This document shows, piece after piece, positions 38,702-50,091 of a stretch of DNA of 64,000 bases (position 1 is its first letter; each line of letters begins with the position of its first letter). The DNA lies in the IMG/VR virus record IMGVR_UViG_3300020219_000001. One strand, given 5' to 3'. The position numbers and the translations under genes are program-made. The notes beneath the pieces were generated by a model. The model ran no database searches and was not told where the DNA came from. It was given only the letters and a program-made list of their open reading frames with translations. The stretch comes from an uncultured virus (IMG/VR IMGVR_UViG_3300020219_000001) (lineage: Duplodnaviria; Heunggongvirae; Uroviricota; Caudoviricetes).

Positions 38702-39709
38702 GTGACATTGATTCGTGAAGTGACAGTCCGAGTGAAGGGTAAGACTCCTCTTACCATTCACAACAATCAACCTGCCGCAGAGTTTCAGTCGGCGATTAAC
38801 CAACTGATGGATCGGCGGACGCCCCTCGTCGGCGAGGCGAGAGACATGCTGCGATGGCTACGCTATCAGGCTGTGTGCTTTCACATCAGGGACGGGCGTC
38901 CCTACATGAGTAGGAATGCCTTGCTCCTACCGTTCATTCATGCCACGGACAGGACAGAAGAGAAAGACTTCCTGAAGAGCATTCTCTCGGTGGCAGAGGC
39001 AGTCCCAATCCAGCACGACGGTCCTTCGACGGTCAAAGAACTGTTCCGAAGCGAGTTCCATAAGCAGGTTGTCTACTCACCGGAATTGGGCGAAATCACC
39101 ATCCCTGTGGTGTACGACTGGGGTTTCACGTTTGTGTTACAGTTCGAGTGCGGGCGTATTAAAACTCCCGATCCGAAGCTGACCGAAGAGGACTTCATCC
39201 GCGGCATGTTGTACGCCGGATCGAAGACCAAAAGCTTCGGCGGCATCCGCCATTCGAGCTTTGGCCAATTCGACATCACCTCCATCGTGTTTGGGCCGCC
39301 AATCGAGAAGCGGACCCCTGCGGCCGCTCGCAAATCATTCGGGTTAATCCTGGATACATCGGAAGTAGCCACTGCCCCGAGCGAGGTGGTTCCAGAGCCG
39401 CCGGTTCAGCCAACAGTGATCGACTTGGTTGAGGCTCCTCTCAGCAAGGTCATGCCGATGATCCAGAAGGACCCACGGCTCGAACCCGACGTACAGAAGC
39501 GATTGTTGGATGCCCTGAACGAGTTGACCGCCATCTCGGTGCTGGGAGACCACAAGCTGATTCGACGCGCTGTGTGCGAAACCCTGAACAAGCACGGCAT
39601 CAAGAGTTTCAAGTTCCAGGATTGGAAGGCACACAACCTCGACTGCTTGATGCGGAACCGAAGAAACAAGAAGATCAGGGACGCCGAAAAAGCCAAGGGG
39701 GTTGCATGA
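38702..39709 (+). CDS. Divergent solo RAMP/Cas7-like protein with C-terminal extension
   Basis: V.VKG.TPL.IHN, DGRPY, DGP...ELF, P...DW.F.F.L and a C-terminal G-rich loop AG...FGGIR..FGQF.I; pattern recognition only. Confidence 0.55.
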   Translation: MTLIREVTVRVKGKTPLTIHNNQPAAEFQSAINQLMDRRTPLVGEARDMLRWLRYQAVCFHIRDGRPYMSRNALLLPFIHATDRTEEKDFLKSILSVAEAVPIQHDGPSTVKELFRSEFHKQVVYSPELGEITIPVVYDWGFTFVLQFECGRIKTPDPKLTEEDFIRGMLYAGSKTKSFGGIRHSSFGQFDITSIVFGPPIEKRTPAAARKSFGLILDTSEVATAPSEVVPEPPVQPTVIDLVEAPLSKVMPMIQKDPRLEPDVQKRLLDALNELTAISVLGDHKLIRRAVCETLNKHGIKSFKFQDWKAHNLDCLMRNRRNKKIRDAEKAKGVA

Positions 39710-39771
39710 CCGTCAAGACCAAACCGAAGCCCAAACCGCAGCCGAAACCTCGACCGCCGAAGGGCTACTAA
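39706..39771 (+). CDS. 21-aa Lys/Pro-rich micro-peptide MTVKTKPKPKPQPKPRPPKGY
   Basis: ATGA-coupled to the upstream stop; AAGGGGG RBS. Confidence 0.5.
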   Translation: MTVKTKPKPKPQPKPRPPKGY

Positions 39772-39785
39772 CCGCGCACCCCTCA

Positions 39786-39954
39786 GTGGGTTCCCGTAAG
39801 GGCGGGCGGCTCCCGTGACAGGGCCTTAATGCTGGACTCCGGACCGTGCCGGAAGACACGGAGTAGTCGTGCCGATGAGAGTCGCGAGGAGCACGGCGAA
39901 TCAACAGCGAGCAGCCTGCCCGGTGGTAGTCCCCACCCGGCGGGCTTTCTTTTT
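39786..39954 (+). ncRNA. Structured RNA with mutually exclusive antiterminator and terminator helices
   Basis: 39800-39812 pairs with 39909-39921; alternatively 39914-39945 forms a hairpin followed by TTTCTTTTT. Confidence 0.55.
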
Positions 39955-39985
39955 GTACCTACCCTAACACGGTGGGTCTTTCTTT

Positions 39986-40011
39986 TGAACAGGAATCACA
40001 CTCGCGTGTAC
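39986..40011 (+). promoter_or_regulatory. Class II promoter variant TGAACA-N14-GTGTAC
   Basis: Directly after the terminator; same spacing as four other copies. Confidence 0.65.
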
Positions 40012-40018
40012 TAAGAGT

Positions 40019-41296
40019 GTGAGACGCTTCTTCTTGTCAATGCTGCGGTGGTTGCTCGGCCGGTTCACGCTGGCCGAGCAACCCGTAGTTGACCTCAGGC
40101 ATCTCTACTGCGAGGTCTGCCCGGCACGTCGCCGAGGCTGGTTCCGTTACTTCTGTTCGCTGTGCGGCTGTTCGATCAGCACACGACGATGGCCCTTCAA
40201 CAAACTGGCGATGAAACATGAGTTCTGTCCAGACGGTAAGTGGTTCGCCCTTGACGATGGAAAAGGCGGTGGCGGGAGTGCGGGGGTTGCAGAAGCACGC
40301 CCAGGACCTAATCAACCAGCGGGCTGACCACAAGAAGTGGAAGCGGCTCCGCGGCCTTTACAACGGCAACCTGGAGCACGGCTTCGACGCCGAACGGGAG
40401 CCGAAGAAAGCGAGTGGTAAGCATGAACGATCCCGATAAGTTCCGCTCGGACGCACAGTGGGCATTGGTCGCCAAGATTCTTCTTGGTTGCATCGCGGCC
40501 TACGTGCTGTACCAAGTCGGCATGACTCTCTGGGTGATCCTCCTGCTGCGATCGTTTCACTGATGTACCAAATCTACGACATCCGCGCTCGGTACTCCGA
40601 GGACGCGACAGAGAAGGAGCTTGAGGGTCTAGGTGGAAGGTGGATCGAGGGTCTACCGCCTGGCCGCATCTGGAGTGGGGATAGCTGGACGAAGATGCCG
40701 CGAGAGCAAACCACTCTGGAAGAGATGGAAGCTCTCGTCCCGGCGATGTGGGAGGAATACCAACCACACCTGATGAAGAAGCGAGGTGAACGGAATCGCT
40801 CGGAGCCTGAGTTCACCGTCAAGTTCATCCGCGAGGAGACCTGGTGCCAAGGCTGGTTCAGCCATTGGACCTGGGACACCGGACAGAGTGACAACGAGGT
40901 GCTGAATTCATTCGAGGACTTCGTCCTGCGGATGGAAGTCCTCAACCGGCGAGAAGGTCACTACGATCCGAACATGGGCCTTTGGATGGACAAGTACGTC
41001 CTCATGGGCGCTGAGGATCGCTGGCGATGGAAGGGTAGGGACGGGTCGGACCCGCCGTGCCGATGTGCAGGATGCAAGGAGCAAGGAATCATCAAGATCG
41101 ACCATTAGGAGTCTGCATGTTCGCCGAACTGTTCTTCCTGCATAAGCCCGACGCTCGCTCGGCCTTATACGAGTACCCGAAGCGTCCGCGTATGCGGGCC
41201 TTCACACGTTGCATTGTGAACATTGCTCTCGCCAGCTTGCTGGTGTTCAGCGTGTTCGGTTCCCTTTTCTGCTCTTTCAATGTGGTGTTCAACTGA
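40019..41296 (+). other. Cluster of hypothetical ORFs (Cys-rich 40019-40327; about 40563-41108; 41117-41296)
   Basis: Same-strand ORFs; exact starts are uncertain. Confidence 0.45.
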
Positions 41297-42012
41297 TGGG
41301 ATTGTTTACTGACCTGCGCGCAAGCGCCACTGGACTTGACTTTTCTGCGCCGGCTGCCGGCGTGCAACGGGCTGTCGCCCAAGACCTGGCTGGCTTGGAA
41401 GCCCGCATCGGCGATGCGGAATATCCTTCCGGCTACGCCGCGGTGAACGAGGTTCAATCAATCGCGATCTACGGCGGTGCGGCCGATGGCGGGACCGTGA
41501 CACTCGTCATCACGCTTGTCGATGGCACAGAGATCGAGACCGATCCGTTCGCCTACGACGCCGTCGCTGCCACGATCGAAGGTGAGATCGACGCCGCCGC
41601 GGACGGAATTGTGGATGGCTTCGTTGAAGGCGACATCGCCGTCACCGGTGGTCCGTTGACCACGACCCCGCTGGTGCTGACCTTCAGCGGTGCCTCCGTT
41701 GCCGGCCAGAACCACGGCCTGACCGTGCTCGACGACACCCTCTTGGAGAATGGTACCGGCGGAACGGTGTCCGTCTCGGCGGCCGGCCAAGAGAACCGCA
41801 CGGCCCTCGCGATCTTGAAGATCGCCGGCATCCTCACCGGTGCCCCGCCTGTCGCCCCGGCGACGACGGTCACGGCCGGCACCGGCTTCATTGGTAACCC
41901 GAACCGTCTCGAAGCCGACACCATCCGGGCGCTCGCTCGTGAAGCTGCCACGGCCGACGACAACAACGCTTTGTACTCGGCGATCATCACGGCCGCCGGG
42001 CTGCTCAGCTAG
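41296..42012 (+). CDS. Ala/Gly/Thr-rich protein with NEVQ...GGT.TL beta domain (virion/surface-protein-like)
   Basis: NEVQSI...GGTVTL...AYDA.AATI...V.GGPL...LTFSG resembles a domain seen in phage structural and surface proteins. Confidence 0.55.
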   Translation: MGLFTDLRASATGLDFSAPAAGVQRAVAQDLAGLEARIGDAEYPSGYAAVNEVQSIAIYGGAADGGTVTLVITLVDGTEIETDPFAYDAVAATIEGEIDAAADGIVDGFVEGDIAVTGGPLTTTPLVLTFSGASVAGQNHGLTVLDDTLLENGTGGTVSVSAAGQENRTALAILKIAGILTGAPPVAPATTVTAGTGFIGNPNRLEADTIRALAREAATADDNNALYSAIITAAGLLS

Positions 42013-45000
42013 ATGCGACCAAGTCCCTACGAAGAGGACGGCCTACCCGGATGGGTAGGCGTCCTCGCCGTTTTCCTGGTCGCGGGCGTTGTCACGGCAA
42101 TCGTTGCGTTCACGCCACGAGAGCAACCGAAGAAGTACGCCGTCCAGCGGTGGGCACCCACCGGTCGGATGGTCTCCGCGGACATCACCGACAACTTCAT
42201 GCTTCAAAGCGGCGGTGTGTCGTACACACTGCCGAATGGCCAATACCGGTACGTTTCCGGGACCGTCACAGTCGAAGAGCTTCCGAATGAGTGAACGCAT
42301 CGGCGACCGCTGGTTCCCAGTCACGATCATTACGACGGCCGTCGTCGGTCTCGTCTGTTCCGTGATGGGCCTGACGATCCAGTGGATGAACCCACAGACC
42401 GAGATCGGCGACATGAAGCGGGACATGATGTTCATGCAGAACCGCTTGGAAGACCACGGCACCCGCATCTCTAATCTGGAATCTGTGAAGTGATTTACGA
42501 GTTCACCATCATTTGTGACAACCTGCATCCTAGCTTCACAACGCCAATGGGCGGTCGCCGGGTCGATAGTGAGAACTGTATGGCTCTCACTTTCGAGCAA
42601 CTCGGTGCGTCTGAGGTGACGGTCGTTAAGCTCTTCCATGAATTGTTGGAGGACTGCAATTGCCGGGTGCGGCGAGTAAAGATGTTCAAGCTCACGCCGC
42701 ACCCGGCCACGAAGGCTCAACCAGCGTTCTTCACATCATCTCACGAAGTCTTGGACCACGCCGTTCAAAACCTTCTGGAACGCCGGATCGACCGAAAGGC
42801 TGAAGCCTTCCAGATCAATGTCGAGACGGTTGAAGTCCCGATCAACGACTTCTACAAACTCTTCGACAACTACGTCCGCTACGACGACGACGAAGACGAA
42901 GACGAAGACGAAGACCAGGAACGCGAGCGCTGGATTGCCTCTGCGGACGAGGACGAGGAGGACGAATGAAGTACCGCTTTACCCTCCACTGTGACCCACT
43001 CACGATCGGGAAGACCATCCCGGACTCGCTGACTCCCGTCGAACGCCGAGACAGCGAAGACGTGATGTCACTGGTCTTCGAGCGGGAAGGTCTCGATGAA
43101 CTGGCACTGGTCCAAGAAGTCGCGATGGGCCTTTGGACGTGCGGCATCAACGTCAAGATGATCGAGGTCTTCGAGGTCTACCCGCACCCCAGCCTCCGCG
43201 ACTATGACAACCTGGTGACCGTGGACTACGACCAAGCGTGTGAGGCGGCGCACGACTCGCTCGAAAACCAATTCGACATCCTCGACCCGGAGACCGCGAT
43301 CAAGGTTCGCGTCGAGATGAACGACTACACAATGGAAGATTTCTACGAGGTGTTCGATGAGTGAAGAGATGGTGACGATCACCAAGGCCGAGTACGACAA
43401 GCTGAAGGCAGACGCCGATTGGCTTGGCTACCTGTACGCCGCCGGGATCGACAACACGGACGCCTTCAGCATTGCCGCCGAGCAGCGAAACATCGACAAG
43501 GAAGCGGAGGATGCTTAGCCATGCAGAGATTCTTCGGATTGCTAAGGAAGGCAACCACCATCAATGCAGCAAGTGTCGCACGTGGCTCGACGAGCCGAAC
43601 AGCAACATCTGCGTGTATTGTTTGTGCGACCGGCTTTGCTACTGGTGCGTGCTGATCGAGAACCATCAATGTCCAGAGGCACACCTCGCCAACGACAGGA
43701 GAGCAACAGTTGAAAGTTAAAGGAGTGTTGAAACTCGCTGACAAGGAGTGGACGCTGGTGATCCCTGGCGCTGGCCCGGGGTGGAGCATCGGCAACTTTT
43801 CTGAGGTCAAGGCGTGCGTTGCAATCTTGGGTGAATCGTTACAGAAAGCCGAAGTTGTGGTTGTTGCAACTCAGGCTGAAGTCCTCGTAACGATCGAAGT
43901 CGATGACGAGAAACCCGACTGGGCGATGATCGGCAAGTACGGACTCTCGGCCCGAGGCATCCACGGCTGCATCCTCAACTACCAAGCGATCTTGACGAAG
44001 GAACTTCAAGGCTTGCAACAAACCGTCACGAAGCTTGGTGGCTACATTCAAGATGGGAAGGTTTGGCTGAGATGAAAACACGAGTCAATATCCACCGCAG
44101 TCGCACCGGGTATTCCATCGAGTTCAATGATGGGCAGGCGGTGATGCTTTATGGTGACGCTCAAGCCTACGTGATGCACGTCATGCAGAGGGCGCTTCAA
44201 GCTGCCAAGCTCTGGGCCGATGGTGATCTGACCCACATGATTGATGTGGAGATCAACGCAAACGGAAGCAACGAGATTCTCCACATGCAGGAGAATCGAG
44301 TCACGGCGATCTGTCGTGCTCCTGCTTCATTCGTCCGCCACGCACTCGCCGAGAAGTACACCACGGAACTCCGCGGCCTGATCGGCAAGATCACGATGGA
44401 CCTGGGTCTTCGGATCGAAGCAACGAGTGCCAGTGTTGAAGCGACCGGTTCGACGGTCACCATCCGCAATGTCGTTGACCTGGTGGTTCACTAATGGGCA
44501 ACCACGAATACTGCACCGACTGCGGCGCGAACAGCTACCACCACGGTGAACCGTGTGATCCGGGCCGCCTTGCCGTCATGGAAGAGCAGCGGCAAAAGGG
44601 CGCGGAAGCTCGACGCATCCGCCATGAAGACCTCAAGGGGCTGAGGACTTGGCTCGACGCCGAGGGCTGGGACGTGATCTTCAACGAGTACAACGAACTC
44701 GAAGTCCGTGGCCGTAAGAGCCAGACGGCCCCACGTCCGTCGCTTGGCACATTGGATAACCTCAGCGTTCCGAACAAGGACGGGAGTTATCGTAGACTCG
44801 ACGCCGGGAAGGACGGAGTGAAGTCGATCGAGATTGTCTCTTACGGCTTCGCTGAAGCAGACCCAGAATTTGTAATCGTCTACGACGATGGTCGAATGGA
44901 GAGCGTGTAATGGGCTACAGCACAGAATTCAAAGGTCAGTTCGACCTCGACGTTCGCCTACCTCGCGAGTACGAGGACCGTCTCCTACTGCTCCAGGACC

Positions 45001-45365
45001 AGGACACTCGCGATCTCGACGACGATGAGGATTACCCTGGCTACTTCTGTCAGTGGATTCTCAGCAAGGATCGGATGCACCTGCGGTGGGACCTTGGCGA
45101 GAAGTTCAACGACTACGCCGAGTGGCTCCAGTGGATCATCGACGAGATTTGCACGCCAGCCGGTGTGCTGCTCACGGGTCGAGTTGAGTACCAGGGCGAC
45201 GACGTGGGCGACCACGGCTTCCTTGTAATCAAGGACGGTCAAGTCGAACGGACACAGTGCCCGCTCGTGAACGACACGTTCGACGAACTCCTCGCGTTCC
45301 GCGACTTCGTCCTGCGGTCGGACTACGCCGACGACATCGCAACCGCTTGGAGACGCCGCCGATGA
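42013..45365 (+). other. Run of coupled small hypothetical genes, including the paralogue pair 42490-42969 and 42966-43364
   Basis: ATGA/TAATG coupling throughout; 44910-45365 has a conserved-looking MGY.T.F.G.F...CQW...EKF..Y.EWL pattern. Confidence 0.55.
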
Positions 45366-46000
45366 AGTTGGCCGGTGAAAAGCCGATCGTGGGCGAGACC
45401 TACATGGTGCCGTGCTTTGCCGGTACCCCCGTCGTAGGTGAGACCCACACGGACAACAGCCACTTCGTCCACGGTAAGGAGCACTACCACTGTGACTCAC
45501 GCTTCGTTGAAAGCGAGACGCAAGACCAGTGTGGTGTGATGCTACACCTGAACCCAGACGCGAAGCTCACTATGGAGCCTCGCGTCTGCATTCGAGACAC
45601 GCCCGTTCGCCCTGACAACCCAGCAGCCTGGCTCGCAAAGGCGGCCTTGTACCTGGACTACGGGCACTGCCGAGTGGTGAATGGCCGGTGCCCACACAAG
45701 GGTATGCCGATCCAGAACGGCGTGTGCTCCGGACACCGGATGAGGTTTGTGGGCGATCGACCGAAGCACAAGGGGCCGATCACGCTACGCATTCGCGGTA
45801 CCAAGAACGAGATCGTAGTCACGCAAACGTCCGAGATGGACGAGATGCCGATTCCGATCACTGAACGCTTTGTCGGCAACGTCATGCTGGAATTCATCGA
45901 CAACAAGGGAGAGCTAATCTCCGAGCGTCCGTTCGGCTACTGGACTCTGGAGCCGGGCGAAACTCTTACCATCAGACCTGAAGAGAGGAACAGCTATTGA
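45362..46000 (+). CDS. His/Cys-rich hypothetical protein
   Basis: H.D...HYHCD.RF, CPH.G and CSGH motifs. Confidence 0.55.
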   Translation: MKLAGEKPIVGETYMVPCFAGTPVVGETHTDNSHFVHGKEHYHCDSRFVESETQDQCGVMLHLNPDAKLTMEPRVCIRDTPVRPDNPAAWLAKAALYLDYGHCRVVNGRCPHKGMPIQNGVCSGHRMRFVGDRPKHKGPITLRIRGTKNEIVVTQTSEMDEMPIPITERFVGNVMLEFIDNKGELISERPFGYWTLEPGETLTIRPEERNSY

Positions 46001-46575
46001 GCGGCATCGACAGCTTTGAACAGATCAACGGCCGACTCAACAACACGGTCTTGATCGCGGCCCGCTGTGCCTTCGAGGCACACGACGGCCAGCTTCGCAA
46101 ATACAGCAACCGACCGTACATCGAACACCCGATGCGTGTCGCCGGCAGAGTGAGCCTGCTGCCCGAGACCAGAGATTGGATCGTGGCCGCGGCCTGGCTC
46201 CACGACGTGCTCGAAGACACCGCGGTGACCGAGGATGACATCTTCTGCAAGTGGAAGCTACCACGGGTAACCATCGACCTGGTCAAGGAACTGACCAACC
46301 CGTCCAAGGGACTGAACCTTCCGCGAGAAGAGCGGAAGAAGATGGACCGCGAGCATCTGTACCACGCCAGCGAGTGGGCAAAGCGACTCAAGCTCATCGA
46401 CCGGATCGACAACATCCGCGACATGACGGGCGCTGAGAAGGGATGGAAGCACAAGTACGCCGAGGAGACCATGCTGCTCCTTAGTTCGTTGCTCGACATC
46501 CGTGACCGTGTGAACAAAATCCTCTACCTCGAACTCTGCCGAGAGATCGAGACCCTTATCCGGAGTGCCGCATGA
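45997..46575 (+). CDS. Stand-alone RelA/SpoT-type HD hydrolase (small alarmone hydrolase-like)
   Basis: AHDGQ.RK...PYIEHP..VA, AAWLHDVLEDT, V.ELT and KL.DR.DN. Confidence 0.88.
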   Translation: MSGIDSFEQINGRLNNTVLIAARCAFEAHDGQLRKYSNRPYIEHPMRVAGRVSLLPETRDWIVAAAWLHDVLEDTAVTEDDIFCKWKLPRVTIDLVKELTNPSKGLNLPREERKKMDREHLYHASEWAKRLKLIDRIDNIRDMTGAEKGWKHKYAEETMLLLSSLLDIRDRVNKILYLELCREIETLIRSAA

Positions 46576-49500
46576 GCAGCGCGAAGATCAGACTGAAGAA
46601 CGGCGTTTGCACGGTCCACATCGGTGGTCACGTGTTGCCAGGCACAGTGAACGCGAAGATTTACTTCGAGGTCCAACTGTCCACGGCGAAGTTCAAACCG
46701 ATCGGCGAAGCCGAGCTTGAACTAGGAGTGAACCTGAAGCGGAAGAAGAACGGTTTCTACCTTGGAACTGATCTCTTCTGCTCACTGCCGAAGGATGACG
46801 ACTTCGACCATATCGAGCGTCGTCTGAAGAAGATTGTCCAGTTGATCTACGAACGTGGCTGGGAGCTTCGTTGCGCCAAGCAGGTTTACGGCTCGCAGCC
46901 GGAAGTGGGGATCGAAGGATGAGGCACCACTTGAACGAACGCCAAGCCGAGTACGAAGCCCTGATTGCTGAAGCCCGGACGAAAGCGATCGGCATGTTCA
47001 CGCTCGACGACCTGGAGTTCCTCCAGGAGAAGTTCAGCGGTCGCTTCGCCGGCCTTGTCCTGCTCGAACAGATGGACAAGTTCTATTCCGAGTCCCGCAT
47101 CACCCGACTCAAGAAGTTGTTACACCGATGATCGAAGTATCCAAAGACGGCATCATGTTCCGGGATAGCAAGGGGCGGTCGGCCTGGGTCGATATGCCGC
47201 TCAACGGTGGCATGATCCATGACATCGTTCACACGACAATCCATGAGCAACGCACGTTGCTCCGTGACGCCGCGATTAACCTCGCTGGTGAGATGACCTA
47301 CCACGCCGGTATCGTCGAGGACCCGTTCATGTGCATCATGGAGGCGCTTGGCTGCCCTTGGGATGGCGAACCGAATACGCACACGGCCGCGGCCGAGGCG
47401 GTGAAGCTGTGATCCAAATGGATGGAAACTGGCTCGTCGCCGACTACCAAGGACTATCGACACGTGTCGAGTTGCCAGAAGGTAAAGCCGAGATTGTTGC
47501 AGCAGCTATCAAGGAGCAGCGGTCGCTGCTTCGACAGATCGCAATGATCGTCGGTCTGCGGTTGTCACCCAGCGACAACGTATCGGGCACGATTTACGAC
47601 TACGCCATCCATCTTCTCGGTGTGCGGAAGACGGACCACAAAGACCCCTTCGACCTAGCACAGCAGATCAAACCATGACCCACATCCCTGAAGAAGGCCC
47701 GATCGAGCGCTTCGTTGTGCGTTCGTTCTGGGTGATCGTATTCCTGATGGCGGTGCATGGCACCTTGGAGTTGTTCCGATGAACGCAAGCGACCTTGCAA
47801 AGCTGTCCGACGAACGCGCAATGATCCTCCAGCAAGAGGCGGAAGCTCAGCGAGCCAGGGAAGAGGTTCGCAAAGAAGAGCACCACGTCCGCCGCATTGC
47901 GCAGATCAGGAAGGAAATGACCGACGCCGCTATGGAAGGTAAGAAGTCCATCGAAACGAACGTCGCTTACAGCGACCAAAGCGAACGCATTCTCGCGGAG
48001 CTACAGGCTGAAGGGTTCAAGGCTAGCGTCGAGTCGAGAAGCATTAGCGACGGTGGCTGTCGAGGAAACCCGTTCTCCGTTTTCCGCATCACATGGTACC
48101 ACGAATGAGATACGCCCACGGTGAGGAGAGCTTCAAGTTCTTGGAATCCCAAGGCTGGAAGTACGACTGCAACGACATCTTCATGCACCTTGGCGGCGAA
48201 TACCGAGAGAACCTCCGTGCCGATGCACTGTGGTTGGAGATCGTGAAGCTTCGCCAAGCCCTGAAGGAGATCGCAGTCGAGTCCGCCCCCTACATGGGCT
48301 GCTGTGACGCCGGCTGTACGCTGCATGAAGTCAACGAGATGGCACTCGCGGCACTCGGCGTCGATGTATCGAGTATCGTCAACCACGAAGAGGCCGCGGC
48401 TGCGGTAATCGTTTGATCGACCAATACTACATCGACAAGGGCACGCTGGCCGGACTGATCCGGAGACTCCCGGAGTATGTCAGCGACCCCGACGACTACA
48501 ACGACTACCTGATGGCGCTACTGGAGCTTCAGGAGCGGATGACGCTCCCGCAGCCGGCCTTCATCGTCAGCAGTGGGCATTACGACGCATACACCGTGGC
48601 CGTCGTCTCCACCAAAGAGCGAGCGGACGAGATTGCCGAGATCATGCCGGAAGCCCAGGTCCATCCGTGGACCCTCGACAGGTTCGAGAAGCCGACCCGT
48701 TGGCGAGTCACGATTTCATTCCGGTGGGAGGGTGACCCGATCCCGTATCCGCTGGAGTCTTTCATGGACTGGTACGAGAGCGGAGTCGAGATCGACAACT
48801 ACCACTTCACATGGATCGGTGAAGCGAGGACGTGGAAGGAAGCCGTTGACAAAGCCCGTGAAGCAAAAGACACCCTTTACCTGAGGTAACACCATGCGTG
48901 CGTTTAACTCGTTCCAACTCGTCAGCCTGTTTGCTGGCACCCCGTTCCTACTGGCCTGGGTAGCGACGGCTACGTTCCCGTATGCCCCGGCCGCGTTCTG
49001 GGCGGTGATCGTCGCCTACGTGATCCAGTTCGGCTTCCTCTGGTACTCGGTCTGGGAATCAATGGAGAAGCGCTAATGCTCTTCGGGCAACAGTGGCACC
49101 CGGACTACCCGACGCAGCTTGACGCTCCCCTCTGTAGTCTGCTGATCCTGGCAGACCATGACAAGAAGGGCAGCGTCACTTTCTCGGAGGACATGGACTC
49201 CGACGACGCGAAGATCAAGGTCACCATCGACGGCGAGGTGATCGGCGACTACACCCTGGCGACCATCAAGAGGCGACTCCGTGGAACTAAGAAACGTAAA
49301 GCTCCAAGTCAACGGAGTCGAAGCGTCCGTTACCGACATTCAAGCACCAAAGGATACGACCACGGGTAACGTGGAGATCGTGATCCCCTGGACCAAGGGC
49401 AACATGCGAGAAGCTCGCCGTGCCCACCGTGAACGCGAGCTAGCACGCCGGGACTTCTGGAAGAAGAAGATCGAGGAGTGGACGCAATGATCGTCGCGGC

Positions 49501-50091
49501 CTTAACGCCTGAGTGCCCTACCTCTTACATGCTCAACGCAGACATGCTTGGTGGCGCTATCGCCCAAGGGCTGAAGGACTGCGAGATCAAGGGCGTCACG
49601 AAGGACTGTGACATCATCGTGCATCACGACCGTGGACAAGTGCTCCGGCGGCCGAGCGGGCATTACAAGGTGACGATCGACTACTTCGATCCACACGTCG
49701 CCAAGATCAATCGAGAGGGAGGGCTAGCATATTGACCGACAGCTACATCCAGATGCCCGCGGTCGAGCTTCAGCGTGTGATTGGAGACCGCTTCAGTGAA
49801 CTCCATAAGCGCCGCGAACAAGCCTGGGAGCGAGTCATCACAAAGTGGACCTCCGACTGGAAGTGGAAGGTCCGCGGGTTCATCTACCGATTGATGCGCT
49901 GCCGGCTTCCGCAGACCTTCGAGGAGTGCAAGCAGCACTACCGAGACCTCGCACCCTACAACGGCCTCGGCACACCTGACAACCACGGTTGGCAGGAACA
50001 GGCTGTCCTGGACAGCTTGTATCTGATGGCCTGCCGCGGCCACGACGTTTACGTTTCAGCTTCCGACTACCGATACCTGGTGAAGAAATAA
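46572..50091 (+). other. Run of about 12 small coupled hypothetical genes
   Basis: Continuous same-strand ORFs with overlapping starts and stops; 47128-47412 and about 47409-47678 share I.EQR.LLR. Confidence 0.55.

Noticed and set aside
37625..38803. 392-aa minus-strand ORF
   Set aside because: Antisense shadow of the Ro60 gene.
38650..40010. Guide or repeat array belonging to the RAMP-like gene
   Set aside because: No repeat-spacer array or regular short-period array was found nearby; the only periodicity is explained by Lys-Pro codons.
42883..42966. GACGAA microsatellite as a regulatory repeat
   Set aside because: It simply encodes an Asp/Glu-rich protein tail.
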